Below are positions 36,979 through 50,624 of a DNA stretch of 64,000 nucleotides, piece by piece. The translations under genes and the position numbers were made by a program. Each line of letters starts with the position of its first letter. Within the stretch, counting starts at the first letter, position 1. Source of the stretch: Vicugna vicugna (lineage: Eukaryota); assembly GCA_013265495.1 (NCBI GenBank), contig MU058257.1:813418-877417 (forward strand), in the 5' to 3' direction. Below the pieces are notes generated by a model that was not told where the DNA came from, did not search any database, and saw only the letters and a list, made by a program, of their open reading frames with translations.

Positions 36979-39900
36979 GGTTTTTCTGCAACAAAGAGAT
37001 GTATTTGTGATGTGAATTCTGATTAGAGGCAGGTTATGTTTGGGACCTGGACATAGATTTCATGCGAAGACAAGTACAAATACCAAACAATTCTCCTAGA
37101 GGAGGCCCCTTCCTCCATGGAAGGCTTGCGGTGTAAGAGGTGCCTGGAAGGCTTTATGAGCAAGTTTCCCATAAAGGACCTGGAAGGGAAGGATCTCGTT
37201 TGGTCCAACATTACTAACCGTTTCTTCCTGGAAGACCTCTGTCTGCTGTCATTGTACACACAGCCCAGGAGACCAAGGCCCAGAGAAGTTTGGTGATGAC
37301 TCAAGGCCACACCTGATGTCAAAGCCAGGCCTTGTGTCCATGCTTCCTGCCATTATTAAAATGTTATTTTAATTTGCTATTCTGCCAGTGGAAAATGTGT
37401 GTGCATACCTGCCACTAAAGGGCTGTCTATGAAATCTTAACCACACTATGAAATTAGGAACCAAAGGTCTAATAGCCTCTCCTAATGAACTGGACCTACT
37501 TCGGAAAAAAATTTCAACTGCAACGCTAAGGGGAGGTCACAGCTGACTTCATAATATGCCCCATCCATGAGGCGGACGCGGAGGTAAATAAGCATCAATT
37601 GTGTACAACGTTGCCACATCTACAAAAGCAAACTCCCAGTGTTTTGATGGGTGTTTTGCACACATATGGACTGTAAGAGCGAGCTTGGTACGTGTGATTT
37701 CTTACAATCATCAGCATAGGAATCTGCCTTCCGCTGGCACCCGGCACCGTGAAAGATGTTACATTTCGACTCTGCCTGACATCAAATGTGTGCGCCATCA
37801 ATGCTAAACTTCCCGCACCTGCCTCAGCTTCATTCTCTCCGCTCACTGAAAATAGCTTATAACAATGTCCTCATATTTACCATTTTCTCAGACGTAGAGT
37901 TTTGAAACGTGGTACCTTGCAAAGTTTTATAGGAAAAAATCCCCTGCGTGGTAAAAGTGGTTGATAGCAAATCTACACATCTACAGAAGCATTCGTACAA
38001 AAAGAGGGGGAAAAAAAGTGCCTCCAGACACTTCACAGAACTAAGTGTAGAAATGCACCTAACATGGACCAAATCTGGTCCCAGCACAACGCGATCCCTT
38101 CTGTGAAAAATCCCCTGTCACATCCAGCTGTCTGTGTGATGTATCTTTCATTCCTCACTAATTCCCAGTGTCTTCCCCTTCAATGGACTCAGCTTTCAGT
38201 TTTATGCCATTTCTCTGCAAAATGTTTAGAATCTATTCTTGGGTTTCTCCTGACTTCTGCTCCAATCCAGTTTCCACACCTATTTCCCTCCCCTCCCAGT
38301 CCTCTGTCATCCCATTTAGTGGCAGAAGGTCACAGTCAAGGAAAAACAGGTGGGCAAGCCGGCAGCTTCTACCTGGACGTGGTTCAGGTTTTCTCATCTC
38401 CAACTCTCCCCACATCCTGGACCATTCGCGGTGTCTCCCAGGGAGGGGCGGTGACGCGTGCAGGGAAACAGGGCACACGCGGCGGGCCAGTGCCCTGCGG
38501 GATGAATGGGAAATGCAAATTGAGAACCAATTGCATGAAGGAATTCAGGAGACTGAGAGACCAGTTGTCACGACAGTCAACACACACAGGAAGGGCAGAG
38601 TGAAAACAAGGCAGCGGCTAACGTCAGTCCTCAGAAGTCAAACCGGGATGCAGAGTCAGGCATGCTGGGCACAGGGAGGGGTACCAAGGAAGCCAGGCTC
38701 TGCAGGGCCAGTCCAGAGACTGCTGCGGCCAAGCCTGAGAATGTTCCAGAACCAGAGGGGCATTGCTAGGGTCCTGAGGTCAGTGAGGGTCTTGTGAATT
38801 GAAACATACAGGACTAAAGTGGAGGACTATATGCTGCTTAGGTATGTGGAAAGAGGATGGGGAGAGTTGGCGGCTTATGAAGACCCTTATCTTCATCACC
38901 TGTTTCCGCTTCAAGGGGATGGACCACAGAAAGAATTCGACCTGATCAAGCTGTGTGTTTCCTTTCCTCCCAGGATGGTTCTTTGCTCCTTCAAACTTAA
39001 GGATGTCATTATTTTTCTCTTCTTAAACTCTTCTTAAAATTAAGGACGTTAACTCCAGGCAAAAAAACCCACAACTGTATATATAAAATACACATATACA
39101 TACCTACATATTTTATGTGTATATCTATTCTTAAAATCAAATATATATATTTGTGCAATATATAATATACAAATATTAGATTTGAGGAATTAGGGTCTTA
39201 ATAAAAGAAAGTGAGATGATTCAAAAGCAAGCACTGACTGACCGTCCAGAAAAAAAGCTAGATGGTCGTTAAGTAATTTGCTCCAGAGAACGTTCAGACA
39301 GTGCCATTGATACAGAAATCTAGGGCACTGTGGTTGTTCATATCAGATGCTCTTGAGAACTGAAGGTTTGAGAAAGAGTAAAGGGAAATAGCTGGTATAT
39401 GATAAAGATCTCACAGAATCAGAGAGAAGTAGAACCAAGGAAAAAATGCCCTTTGAAAAACTGACATATGAAAACTGTACAAGTATTTACATGGTTTTCT
39501 TCAGCTTTTTTCGAAATCTTTTTTTTCTTTTTCAAAGTATTTTAGACTAGGGAATATTTTTAGACTACACTACATGAAAGACATGTATTTTCAGATAATA
39601 ACACATGGTGGTAAATTAGCTTTGCATATCTGTCTTCCAGGCATCGGGGTAAACATTTAGCCACCAGTACCAATAATCAGTTTGTTCCGTTCAGCATCAT
39701 AGTCTTCAAAACTGGCCGGTGTTTACAGATTAAGATTAAATCAAAGAGGGAATTGGGTAATTGTTAAGCCGTAATGACCGCTCTCATTCCTGAAGGTGCA
39801 ATAAATCTAACAGGCATTCCTTTTAACTAAGCCCTTGAGAGCAAGGTTATATTAGTGTTTGCAGAGACTGTTAAACTGGATTGAGAATCAGCTATTTGTT

Positions 39901-40094
39901 TCTGGGTTCCTTTGTTTTAATATTGTAATAACTATACATTTTGGAGCTCATTAACGTACGAAATAGTTCCAACCAGTTTTTTTTAAATATTCTAGGACAT
40001 TCATAGTCTCAGAAAAATCTTCAGACGCATGTTTTGAAATATGTTTAATTTGCATCATAATAACTCGTGATTGTCAACAGTATCACTTCTGCCC

Positions 40095-41995
40095 AGTATC
40101 ACTTCAGGCTAAGATAGAGTAAAAGGAACTGGATTTACCCTCTTGCCTGAAACAATCAAAAACCAAGACAAAAGCAAAAATAAACAAAACATGTGAAACA
40201 ACAATTTTCAAGATGTTGGACGTTAGACAACAAAGGACAGTGATCCCTGAGGGATGGTAGACAAATGAAGTCAGCCTTATGGTTACCCCCAGCTATTGCC
40301 CCTACAAGCTGTAGGGAAGGGGAACCCAGGCAGAGCCTGGTGGTCTCACTTATTTGCAGAGAAGCAGCTGAGAGTCCAGGGGACCAATGCAGCTAGAATC
40401 CACAGGACAACATACTGTTAGGAGGTATCTGCAGAGACAGAGACAGAGAAAGAGAGAAAAGAACTCTGCAGGTGTGCAAAGGGTCTCCTCCAGGTTCTAA
40501 GTATTGACGAGATTGTGCATGTGAGAAAACTGCCTGAAGCCAGGGAGAAAAAAACATCAAAAACATCTGAAATGATTAGAACATATGCAGTGGACTCATA
40601 CAAAATATGCAATTGATTAAAAACATAGCATAAAAAGAGGGAAAGGGGAACAAAGAATAGGTAGGACCAATAGAAAGATAATAGATTTATCTTTTTCTGT
40701 GTTGATAATTATATTAAATGTAAATGGTTAACTATCCAGATTAAAAGGCAGAGGCCCTTAAATGATAAACAAAAAGCAAGACTCAACTAAATGCTGTCTC
40801 TGAGAAACACATTTTTAATATAAAAGCACAAATAGTGTAAAAGTGAAAGAATTGCAAAAATATACTATGCAAAAGCCAATTTTTAAAAAGTTAGAGTGGC
40901 TATATTAGTGTTAGACAAAATAGATCTCAAGGGAAAGAACATTAATAGGGATAGAAAAAAGGTCATAATGATAAAGGGGCCAATTTATCAAGAGGACATA
41001 ATAATTTTAAACATTTATGCATGTAATGAAAGAGCTTTAAAATTCATGAAGCAAAAACTGACAGAGACACAAGGAGAAATAGATAAGTCTGCATTTATAA
41101 CCAGAGATTTTTATACTCTTCTGTTAATAATTGGTAGAAAACACAGACAGGAAATTGGTTAGGATATAGACGATTCGAACAACACTGCAACCAATGGATC
41201 TAATTGACATCAATAGAGAACTCACACAAAAGCCTTAGGATATGCCATCTTTTCGAGTACCCGTGGTAGTTTACCAAGGTAAACCATTCTCTGTCATTAA
41301 AAAAACCTTCAATACTCAATTCAAAAGGATCCAAGTACATAAAGTATGCTCTCTGACCACCATTAAAAAGTTAGAAAACAGTAACATAAAGATGCTTGGA
41401 AAATAGACAATTGGAAACTAAACACATCTGTTAAGTACGTTGGATTTGTTGTTGAAAACTTTAGCTTAGAGAACACTCCAGGCTCAGAAGGTTTCATCTG
41501 TGAATTCTATCAAATATTTAAAGAAGAAATCATACCAAATTCACACAAAGACTTTCAGGAAAGGAAAGAGTACTTCCCAACCTATTTTATGAGGCCAGCA
41601 TCACCCTAACATCAAAAGCAAACAAAAATGTTACAAAAAAATTAAGTATGGCACAATGTCCTTGAAAATATACACACAAAGTTCTAAGTAGAATTTCAGC
41701 AGATCGAACCCCCAAATATGTAAAAGTCATCATATATTGATGACCAAACGACCAAATGGGGTTTACCTCAGAATGCTGATTTAACATTTAAAATAATCAA
41801 TGCAATTCATTATGATAATAAGCTAAAGACATAAAACAAATAATCATCTCAACGGACACAGAGGAAGAACCCAACAAAAATCCAACGTCCATCCCTGATT
41901 AGGAAATAGAAAGCCTCTCAGCAAATTTGGAGTAGGGGGACCTTTCTGAACCCACTCTGGTGTATTTTACGAGAAATCAGTAGTTAACATCTTCC
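40095..41995 (+). mobile_element. Old LINE-1 with 5' UTR piece and internally deleted ORF2 (endonuclease and RT fragments)
   Basis: ORF 40896..41162 'AILVLDKIDLK...MIKGPIYQEDIIILNIYACN' is APE endonuclease; 'ctctctgaccac' (SDH), 'ttttatgaggccagcatcaccctaa' (FYEASITL), 'taatcatctcaacggacacaga' (IISxDxE). Confidence 0.9.
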
Positions 41996-44061
41996 TTCTA
42001 AAAATGTTTTAAAAATGAATGAGAGATCAGTGTGAGCAATGGTGCCCAGGAAAGGGTCCTCGAGGAAGGAGGGCTGAGGACAGATGCCAGATGTGGATTT
42101 GTCCCTACTAAAGTTTTTAGTTTCTAGCATTGTGACTTATGAAAAGCTTTATTGGGCCCAATCGGCAATTTCTGTCTCGAGTTTACAGCCTCTGCCTTCA
42201 GTTTGCAGCACCCTTCACCTGGCTGGGTGCGTGCTGTCTCTGCAGGCTAACATGGATTGGGCCTTAGAGATAACACAGGCTCAAAGCTCCCCGGGGTCCT
42301 TTTAATAAATTGTTCCCTAAATTATCAGTCGGATTGCAGTCTAATTTTTGTTGTCATGCATGACTCAGGGTACAGTCATGCTGAACCCCATAAATCCTTA
42401 GAATCTGAATCATTGCAGGAATTGGTTTGACTATTTTCAGACATAATCGCACTAGAATCCGGGACGTGGGCTCCCTGAGGCGTCTTATTCCTAAGTTTTT
42501 GAGCTAATCTGAGCTTTGTGATGAGAATAGTTCTAATTCTGGATTGAATGTAGGCCCTTTCATCGTCAAAGGGCTTGGCAAGTATTAACTAATTAGCCCT
42601 CCAGTCCTCAAGAAAATACCACTGCCCATTTTTAAAATGAGGGGTAAAGGGAAAGCAAATTGAAATTTGTAGTTCATTAGCCTGAAGCAAGAGTGTGGGA
42701 ATTAAACCTAGACCCCGTTCCAGTTACATGGGTATAGGGACAAATCTTCACCAGAGGACTTGAGCAAAGTCATGGATTCTAGTTATTTTCGTTTGCAAGA
42801 GTGTGTGCTATCAATGCTGTTACTTTAAAATTCGAGGATTTCTTTTCATGCACTGATAATCCCTCTACCTAAAAAATTAACCTACAGATCTCGAGTCACA
42901 CTCAGGTGGTATTAAGCTCATATTGTAGAAAGAGGCTCCTCCTGGTGCTCATGCCAAAACGAGAAAACTCCTGCACAGCCACAGTTACGTCAGCCCAGGA
43001 AGTGCATTTAAATAACGTCTGCACATGTCTAGTTGCCAGCCCTCCTCCTTCCTTTGGACTCAGACCATTTGTACGATAAGAAACAGAGGTTATCTGAATG
43101 CCAGATCAAACTCTGCCAAAAGTCCCTTTATTTGTTAAGCCTAAATTTAATATTCCCCTGCCTTCAAATTAACTCACCCTAATAATCGAGAATGTCTTTC
43201 ACCTTTGCTGCCTCCTTGATGAATTAACCTGGCGATCACAAGTGAAAAGCTAATACTGCTGAGGCCCCTGTGCAAAATTTCACAAATAATACTGCTTAAC
43301 TGTCAACAAAGAGTACTTGCTAGCCAGTTCAGTCTTGCGTGGATGGTGTACCTGGGAAGGACATCGGGAAACCTCTTGTATTAATGGGCTGACTTTCCTA
43401 AATGTGGCAACAACTCTGCCCCACGTCATGGAGGATAAAGCATATGAGACAGAAGTGTTCGTCGGCCACTGAGAATGGCAGCAGTGCTTGCCTGGATCTG
43501 GCTCCGAGTGTACTCGGTGGCTTCCTTCCCAACCAGCGGCACATTTCATTACTTGCAGAAAATAACCTTGAATGACATCATCGCCGTCAAGGCATCTGCT
43601 GCTGTGCCATCAGATCCAGGTCTTAAAATCAGCCACCTTCACCAGGAGCATTTGTCTGTCTCCAAGGGCTTGGTGAACATCAGAAACTTCTCTCACTGGC
43701 TGTGGAAGGCACTAGAACAGTGGTGAAGAACAGAGTTGTTAGATGGGAAATCTAACTCAGGAAATTTACTGAGGTCGGAATGATTGGCAGCCAATCAGAT
43801 GTGTGCCTGGTGCTTGTTCATTTGTATGTCCCACAAATAGTGATCAAGAATTTGTTATAGTAATTATATTAGACAGTACAGACGTAAACCCTGCCCTCCC
43901 CGAGGACAGCCCAGTGAGACTGTAAGACAGCCAAGCAGCCAAGCAATTATAAATGATGCAAGTCCTAAATTAGAATTTAGAACATTTCAGTAACATGTTG
44001 ATAAAATTCCCATCTCATGGTACCTATTTACTCCAGGAAGTAGAAATTGAACTGCTGCTGT

Positions 44062-44065
<4 letters not shown>

Positions 44066-44102
<37 letters not shown>
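44066..44102. repeat. (TG)n microsatellite
   Basis: Directly visible. Confidence 0.95.
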
Positions 44103-44103
<1 letters not shown>

Positions 44104-44614
44104 TTCTTGAGAAGGTAGGGTCTGATAGTCCTTCTGGAAGCTCTCCTAGAAGCCAACACCTTGAAAACGTTCTCTGCTGATGGGTTTGGAACACATTGGC
44201 TCTTTCCCATCCCCTGTCATCTAGGGATGTTCCACCCGCGGGTGTGAACAGACACACAGAAGTGTTGCACCTCTTCATTCAAACTAACAGACTATCTACT
44301 TGCTGCAGTTTTCCTCCTCAAAACACCACCTCTTTCCCTGGTCCCTCATGTTAGGGAGCAAAGAGCCGACCACGGCTCTCTTACCCAGCGTGGGACACCT
44401 GTGAAGTCTTTAAAAGAAAGAGGAGAACATATTTTAATATGAAGTCAAATACATCCTTTTTCCTCCTTTCTCTTTTTTGATAAATACTACATATCTCCTA
44501 AAGAGTAATTAGTAAAAGCAGACAAACTGGAAATACCATCACTGATACATCAGCTGTGTCAATATGTTGCTGTTTCTTTAAAAAATTTTATTATAGGAAC
44601 TGTTTTATAATCTG

Positions 44615-44719
44615 CTTTTTCATTTCCTTTTTCTCCCCTTCACGGAGGCACGGGGGATGGAAGCCAGGACCTCGTGCACACCAAGCACGTGCTCTGCCCC
44701 TGAGCTGTACCCCTACCCC
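44615..44719 (-). mobile_element. tRNA-derived SINE (camelid-type)
   Basis: Reverse complement gives ggggtaggggtacagctcaggggcagagcacgtgcttggtgtgcacgaggtcctggcttccatcccccgtgcctcc, the same family as 23398. Confidence 0.8.
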
Positions 44720-47700
44720 TGCCTTTTTATTTTAAGTAAAATATTGTGCAGGTCAATAAACACCCTTTGTAACAGAGCGGTTACTGCATCAGTGAGCCCG
44801 CTGTGTAGCCACTTTCCTATTGCTGGACGTTTGCTTCCAGAATTTCAATATTGTAGAGAACACTGTGGTGATTGTCTGCGCACTTACACACGTGTGACTG
44901 TCATTGATTCCACTTGCTGAGGGGGAGCTTTCAGTAGCGGGGTTGCCGGTGGTGAGTTTGTACTTTTTAAGGCCGTTGATACATCCTCGTCTCGAGGCCC
45001 CTTTAGCATCGTCCCTTTACTCCTCTGCAATCCCTAGTGTGGTGGCATCTTTTCATCACCTTCTCTATAGCGAGGAAGTCGGAAGTGACTCAGTGATATT
45101 TGGAGTCAGCTTGGAAAAAAATCCACCCTTCCCCAAAAATCTCTGCCTCTTTAAAAATTTGGGTCACTTCTCTTGCCAAAGACACCAGCACAGAACGGTG
45201 TCAGACTGCAAAACCGCGAGCACTGTTGCCAGAGCATCCACTGCAGTGACGGGACGCCCAGCTCTGCTGTCAGCGTGTGCAGGGACGGAGGGAAGTGTGT
45301 GGTGACAGCGAGGTCTCCTCTCCCGAGACGTCGGGGTGGCCCTCTTCACCTGGGAAATGCTGGCGTGCCCGTGGGGAGCCTGGGAGCGCCAGCGAGGCCC
45401 TGTTACTAAAATCGCCTAATTATTTAAAAAGCCACTGGGGATAATGGAGTCGGTTTACTTTTCTTTGATTATTGTCCCTGAGCAGGCTGTTGAGAAGCAA
45501 GGAAGTCGCGATTTCATTGCTTTTGGCCAAAGGCCATCACAGCCCTTCCAGAAGCAGGGATAAAGCAGGTACAATACGTTCTTCAGAGGAGGCCGTCAGG
45601 TCGTAGGCAGAGCGGGATCAGAGCACAATCCCGAGTGTGCTCGCACACAGAACTGTGGTCCTGGTTTTCCGAGGAGAATGTCGGATCAATGTGCTACCAC
45701 GTCAAATGGACTGTGATGCCTAGAAGAGCTTTAGATCTGGGTTTAGAAGGAGCTAGCAGGGAAAAAAGAGAAAAGGAGGTAAATGAAGGTCCATGTTGGG
45801 CAAAAAGTAGCTTACATCTTATGGAACAGGTCTTGCTAACATGCTGGATAAATTACACTGATAAACCAGAATTACCCAAAATCCATGCGATGGAAATCTG
45901 GAGTAATAAGAAACAAGTGCCTGTCATAATTCAGTGTAAGAAATAGCAATTGAGTTAAGCCCCTGACATCGCTGAAATGTGCCAAAGTCACAGAAATGAC
46001 GACACCTTTATTCCTTATCATGTCTTTTATAGAGCAAGATTAAAATGGAGCGGTATTCAGGGGAGAGGATCTTGAAGGTCACAGCAATGTGAAGAAGTTG
46101 GCTGTGGAGAGTGTCAGCCAAACAACCCACGGAGACTGCAGGACAGAGACTGGATTTCTTCCACGGAGCAGGCCTGGCAAATTCCCATGAAATTAGGTCA
46201 CTAGGCAAACGGTCCAGGGCTGGCAGCATCCTTATGATTCTCAATCTCCCTTCTAAGTTGTTCAAAAAGGAAAAAAAAAAGATTCATTGGCACTTAGAAA
46301 TTCTGCTAAGGCAGTATCTGAAGTAACAGAATGGCTTGAAGGGACAGCAGATGAATGCTAAACATGAGGAAAATACAGAGTTTAGAGAGAGTTCTGAGAA
46401 CTGGGAAGGAAGCTTAGTGACTGAAGCTAATGGGTGAAGTCAGAAGCAAATCAATCAACCAATTAACAAGGACTAACTGAGAGCGTACGAGACCCCGGGC
46501 ACCACCGTAATGTTGGATGTTGAGAAGTACACGACCTACTGGGGTGCTGTCTCTCATTCATTTGGAGATTCAGGAACAGCCCATAGAGGGCTCCCACGTG
46601 GGAAAGGTCCACCTGGCCCACGTGGGTGCACATTTGGAAGATGACTTAAAGACAGATGAAGTAATCTGTTGGTCAGTGGCCAGAGTATTAAGTCACAAGG
46701 CTCATAGCCTTCTCACACCTCAGATCTCAAGTTCTGCTCTTGGAGACCCATTTTCTGGCATGTTCACTTCAAACAGTCTCTAAACAAATACCAATGCTAA
46801 ACACTCTTGAAAACCCAAGGATGTCTAGGTAATTCTTCCAAGCCAGCAGCACAGATATAACAACTTCCCCCTGACTGTCGAATGTTTGTTTTAAAATTTA
46901 AGAGATACTCTTTAGATTAGTTGAGCTGGGCATTCCTCGTTTACCAGTAATGGTACAACTTTCTGGGAAGAACACAGCCTTCCCGGCGTAACTGAGTGTG
47001 TGTATTCCCCGGACCGTGTCTGAGGGCAGCTCTGGCCCCTCCACACTGTGGTCCTTAGCATCATTGCTTGGAAAGGTGACCCAGGCACTTCCAACTATAT
47101 GGATGGAGATGGTCTCCCATCATCAAAAGAGGAAAAGGCAATTGAAGTCCACTTCTGCAGTAACGAAGACCCAAGTAGCCTTTATCACTTGCTGGTTGTA
47201 CATTGATGGTTTTCTGGTCGTTGGTTCTCACGTGCAGAGAAGCCCGCACACGTGAGCGTTTATGACCTGCTCTGGTGGCCTGTGGTCAGTGCACCGAGAA
47301 CGTCAGCAGTAATAACACACCAGGAATTTCTTTAAAGATGACCTTGGACTCATGTCCTAAACTTTTTTTTAACTTAGTAAGAAAGCAGTAGACATTAGCT
47401 ACGCTTGGTTAAAATTTTGAAAACTGTGCAGCTAGAGAAATAGCCTTGCGGTGAATGAAACACTACAACTTCACTTTCACACTCTTAGTTTCATCACATT
47501 GACAGCAGATTTTTACGTTTCTTCTGAATTTTTGATTATTTCTTTCTATCAGGCAGTTTGAGAAGTTCTAAATATCATATTGCAAACCTAATTATTTTTT
47601 AAGAAGAACTTTATGTCAGAAATGACTAACTGCTTATCTATAATATGCAGAAAGACTAATCTTATTTGGAAATAACCAAAAGGATCTGTTAAATTATGGA

Positions 47701-48780
47701 TAAAGTATGAATTATTTTATGCCTAATTATAAAAATAATGAGTAAAATAGCAAAGAAATTTGTTTGGGGAATTCAGTTTAAAAAAAAATAAAGAGAAAAA
47801 CTATCAATTTTCCTGACAGAACATTGGAGGTAATTGTATTCCCAATTTCATGGGAAAACCATTTCATTATTATTAATGTGTTTAATTCTCAAAAGTTAGT
47901 TGTGATATTTTTAGTGCAAGCTTATTTGGAAAATACAGGCAAAATGAGATAATTAATATGTGAATGTTATTATTTCTCCAGGAAAGCAAAAATAAACAGT
48001 AAGTCTAATTTCAGATAAGGAGAAGGATGTCTAGGTTCTTTTTGCTGTACTTTTAAGCAATCTTTGGCAAATTAATTTTCTGGAAACTGATTTCCACATG
48101 TATAAAATAAAGAGGCTAGGAGTAGGTCACTCTTGACAATAATCCTGAGATACATTCTGAAAAACAGTGTTCCTGGGGCAAATGAATTTGGAAATCACTA
48201 TGCACTGTACCCCCCATAGGATATTTACTGACCTGTCATAAAGAACTTACTTATCTTTGTTTTTGCCAGATTTCCAGAAGTGATTTGGCCACAGACTTCT
48301 TCCTCTGTTTACTTTGCATAACAATGAGCAGACTTGGAGGCACTTTGAGAAATGCTGGCCAGACGTCTGCAGGATGTGCTCCAGATCCCACACTGTTATC
48401 GTATGTAGTTCAAGGCAAGACAATGGAAAGCTGTCTCACTCTCCTTTCGAGAACAAAAATTGGAATTTGTGTGTGCATTAAACTCTGGTTATTCTTCCTA
48501 CTGATATGTTACTATTCCCACTTTTTTAGTTTCTATGAACACCGAGAAGTCATCAGTTTTATGCATCCTTGGACCCAAAACTTTTTCAGTCCCTGAGAAT
48601 TCTGAGGCTCTTGCAAATGACCACTAGTAGGTTAAGCCTTTCTCAATTACTAAACAAATTTCAAAAAGCACAAAGAGGACAACTGGCTAAAGCCTTGGAC
48701 ATCCAAACCAAACTTTCACACTTGTCAAATCACTGTAGCAAACTGTTGGCCACATTTACTCAATAAACATTTAGTGAATA

Positions 48781-49292
48781 TGTTACCAAGTCCAAACTCT
48801 TCCCACACGACAGGCCAGTAAATTGGGAGGCAAGATGTTGCGGCAAAGAAGAACGACTTTATTCAGAAAGCTGGCAGACTGAGAAGATGGGGGACTAATG
48901 TCCTAAAGAACCATCTTCCCCAAGTCAGAATTCAGGCTCCTTTTATACTAAAAGAGGAAGGGGTGTGGTTGGTTGTTGCAAACTTCTTAGTGTCGGAATC
49001 CTTTGTTCTTGCAGCTGCCCACGTGGGGCAGGTCGTGATGTTTTTGTAAACCTCCCACAAGGCAAATGTTATTCTCTGTTCTGGAACTTTTCGCCTCTAT
49101 ATGAATGCAGAAGTGTTCTCCCCTTAAAGGTCAGAGCCTGGAGGATGGGGTCCCTTGTGTGTTTCAGGCTCTGGGCCACATTCTTTTACAAAAGGTGCAG
49201 AACCAGCAGGACCGAGGCCAGGAAACAGAGCCCAGGGTTAGAGGCAAAGGCATAGGTCCAACATGGAGGCAGATTTGTTCTTCCCTGTTACA
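48781..49292 (-). mobile_element. Solo ERV LTR, family A copy 3
   Basis: tgttacc...tgttaca termini; homologous to copies 1, 2 and 4. Confidence 0.9.
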
Positions 49293-49454
49293 GAGATATC
49301 TGACATCACAACATTATGATGGATGCTGTCAAGTAGTGAAGAAGAAATTCTCCCATATATTAAAGGAAATCTTTATCTAGCAGGAAGTGAGATATAATAA
49401 TACATTAGTGATAATAGTGTACTATCATATCACACACGAATCATAATAGCAAAA

Positions 49455-49670
49455 AATAGCAGCTAGTATTGTTCATTAAATCTCTACTACATGGTAGGCA
49501 CTATATACACATTATTATTTATCTTTTTTAGAAAAATCCCCAAAGCACAGGTCCTGTTATTATTCTCATTTTATAATGAGGAAACTAAGAGAGGAAGGAT
49601 TTGTTCAAGGACACACGGCTGCCAAACAACAGAGGACTCACTCCCAGGTCTACGTGACTCCAGCCTCACA
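49455..49670 (-). mobile_element. MIR SINE
   Basis: Core 'attattctcattttataatgaggaaactaagag...atttgttcaaggacacac'. Confidence 0.75.
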
Positions 49671-50109
49671 CGACCTTTTAAATCAGGCTTCAGTATGAAT
49701 GTAGGCAGAACAGAAGGGCTAATGAGATGGGGAAACAGAGCTGGGAGAAGAGAACTAATGGATAGAACTGAGTTTCATGGGCAGGATCAAATCAAGTTTG
49801 CCAGGAGAGTGAGTGAGTTGGCCTTGGGGGGAAAAATGGGTGCCTTTTTCTCTGAGACAGGAATGAAAAAGGTATGGATGAAAGAGGAGATAGATCAGAA
49901 GTGTCAGGAGTAGCAGGCTTTCAGACTCATTCCTTCCTGACGTGAAGACCTGGAAACGACACTCCTGATGTTCACTCCCCCCCAGATCCGCATGTTTCAA
50001 CCTGACCTGCCTTTGTTACTCAGTGTGAGCCTGGACCCGAGCGGACACAAGGCCTCTCAGTGAGCTATCAAGCCTTCCTTATCAGATCAGACACCAGTGT
50101 CCATGATTC

Positions 50110-50624
50110 TGTCATAGGAGAGAACGAACCTGCCTCCATGTTGGACCTGTGCCTTTGTCTCTAACCCTGGGCTCTGTTTCCTGGCCTCAGTCCTGCTGGT
50201 TCTGCACCTTTTGTAAAAGAATGTGGCCCAGAGCCTGAAACACACAGGGGAGCCCATCATCCAGGCTCTGACCTGGGGAGAACACTTCTCCATTCATATA
50301 GAGGCGAAAAGTTGCAGAATAGAGAGTAACACTTGTCTTGTGAGAGGTTTACAGGGACATCATGGCCTAACCCACGTGGACAGCTGCAAGAGCAAAGGAT
50401 TCTGACACCAAGAAGTTTGCAGCAACCAACCACGCCCCCTCCCCTTTTAGTATAAAAGGAGCCTGAGTTCTGACTTGGGGAAGATGGTTCTTTAGGACAT
50501 TAGTCCCCCATCTTCTCAGTCTGCCAGCTTTCTGAATAAAGTCATTCTTCTTTGCCGCAACATCTCGCTTCCCGATTTATTGGCCTGTCATGCTGCGAGC
50601 AGAATGACTTTGGACTCAGTAACA
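50110..50624 (+). mobile_element. Solo ERV LTR, family A copy 4
   Basis: tgtcata...gtaaca termini; TATAAAA near 50451; AATAAA near 50535; inverted homologue of copy 3. Confidence 0.9.

Noticed and set aside
38064..38797. Longest ORFs in the track (179 and 209 aa, overlapping)
   Set aside because: No recognisable domain, overlapping open frames in GC-rich DNA, no convincing splice context; likely chance
5640..50624. Family-A LTRs in the same orientation as the two ends of one provirus
   Set aside because: They are ~44 kb apart, with no gag/pol/env, PBS or shared TSD between them
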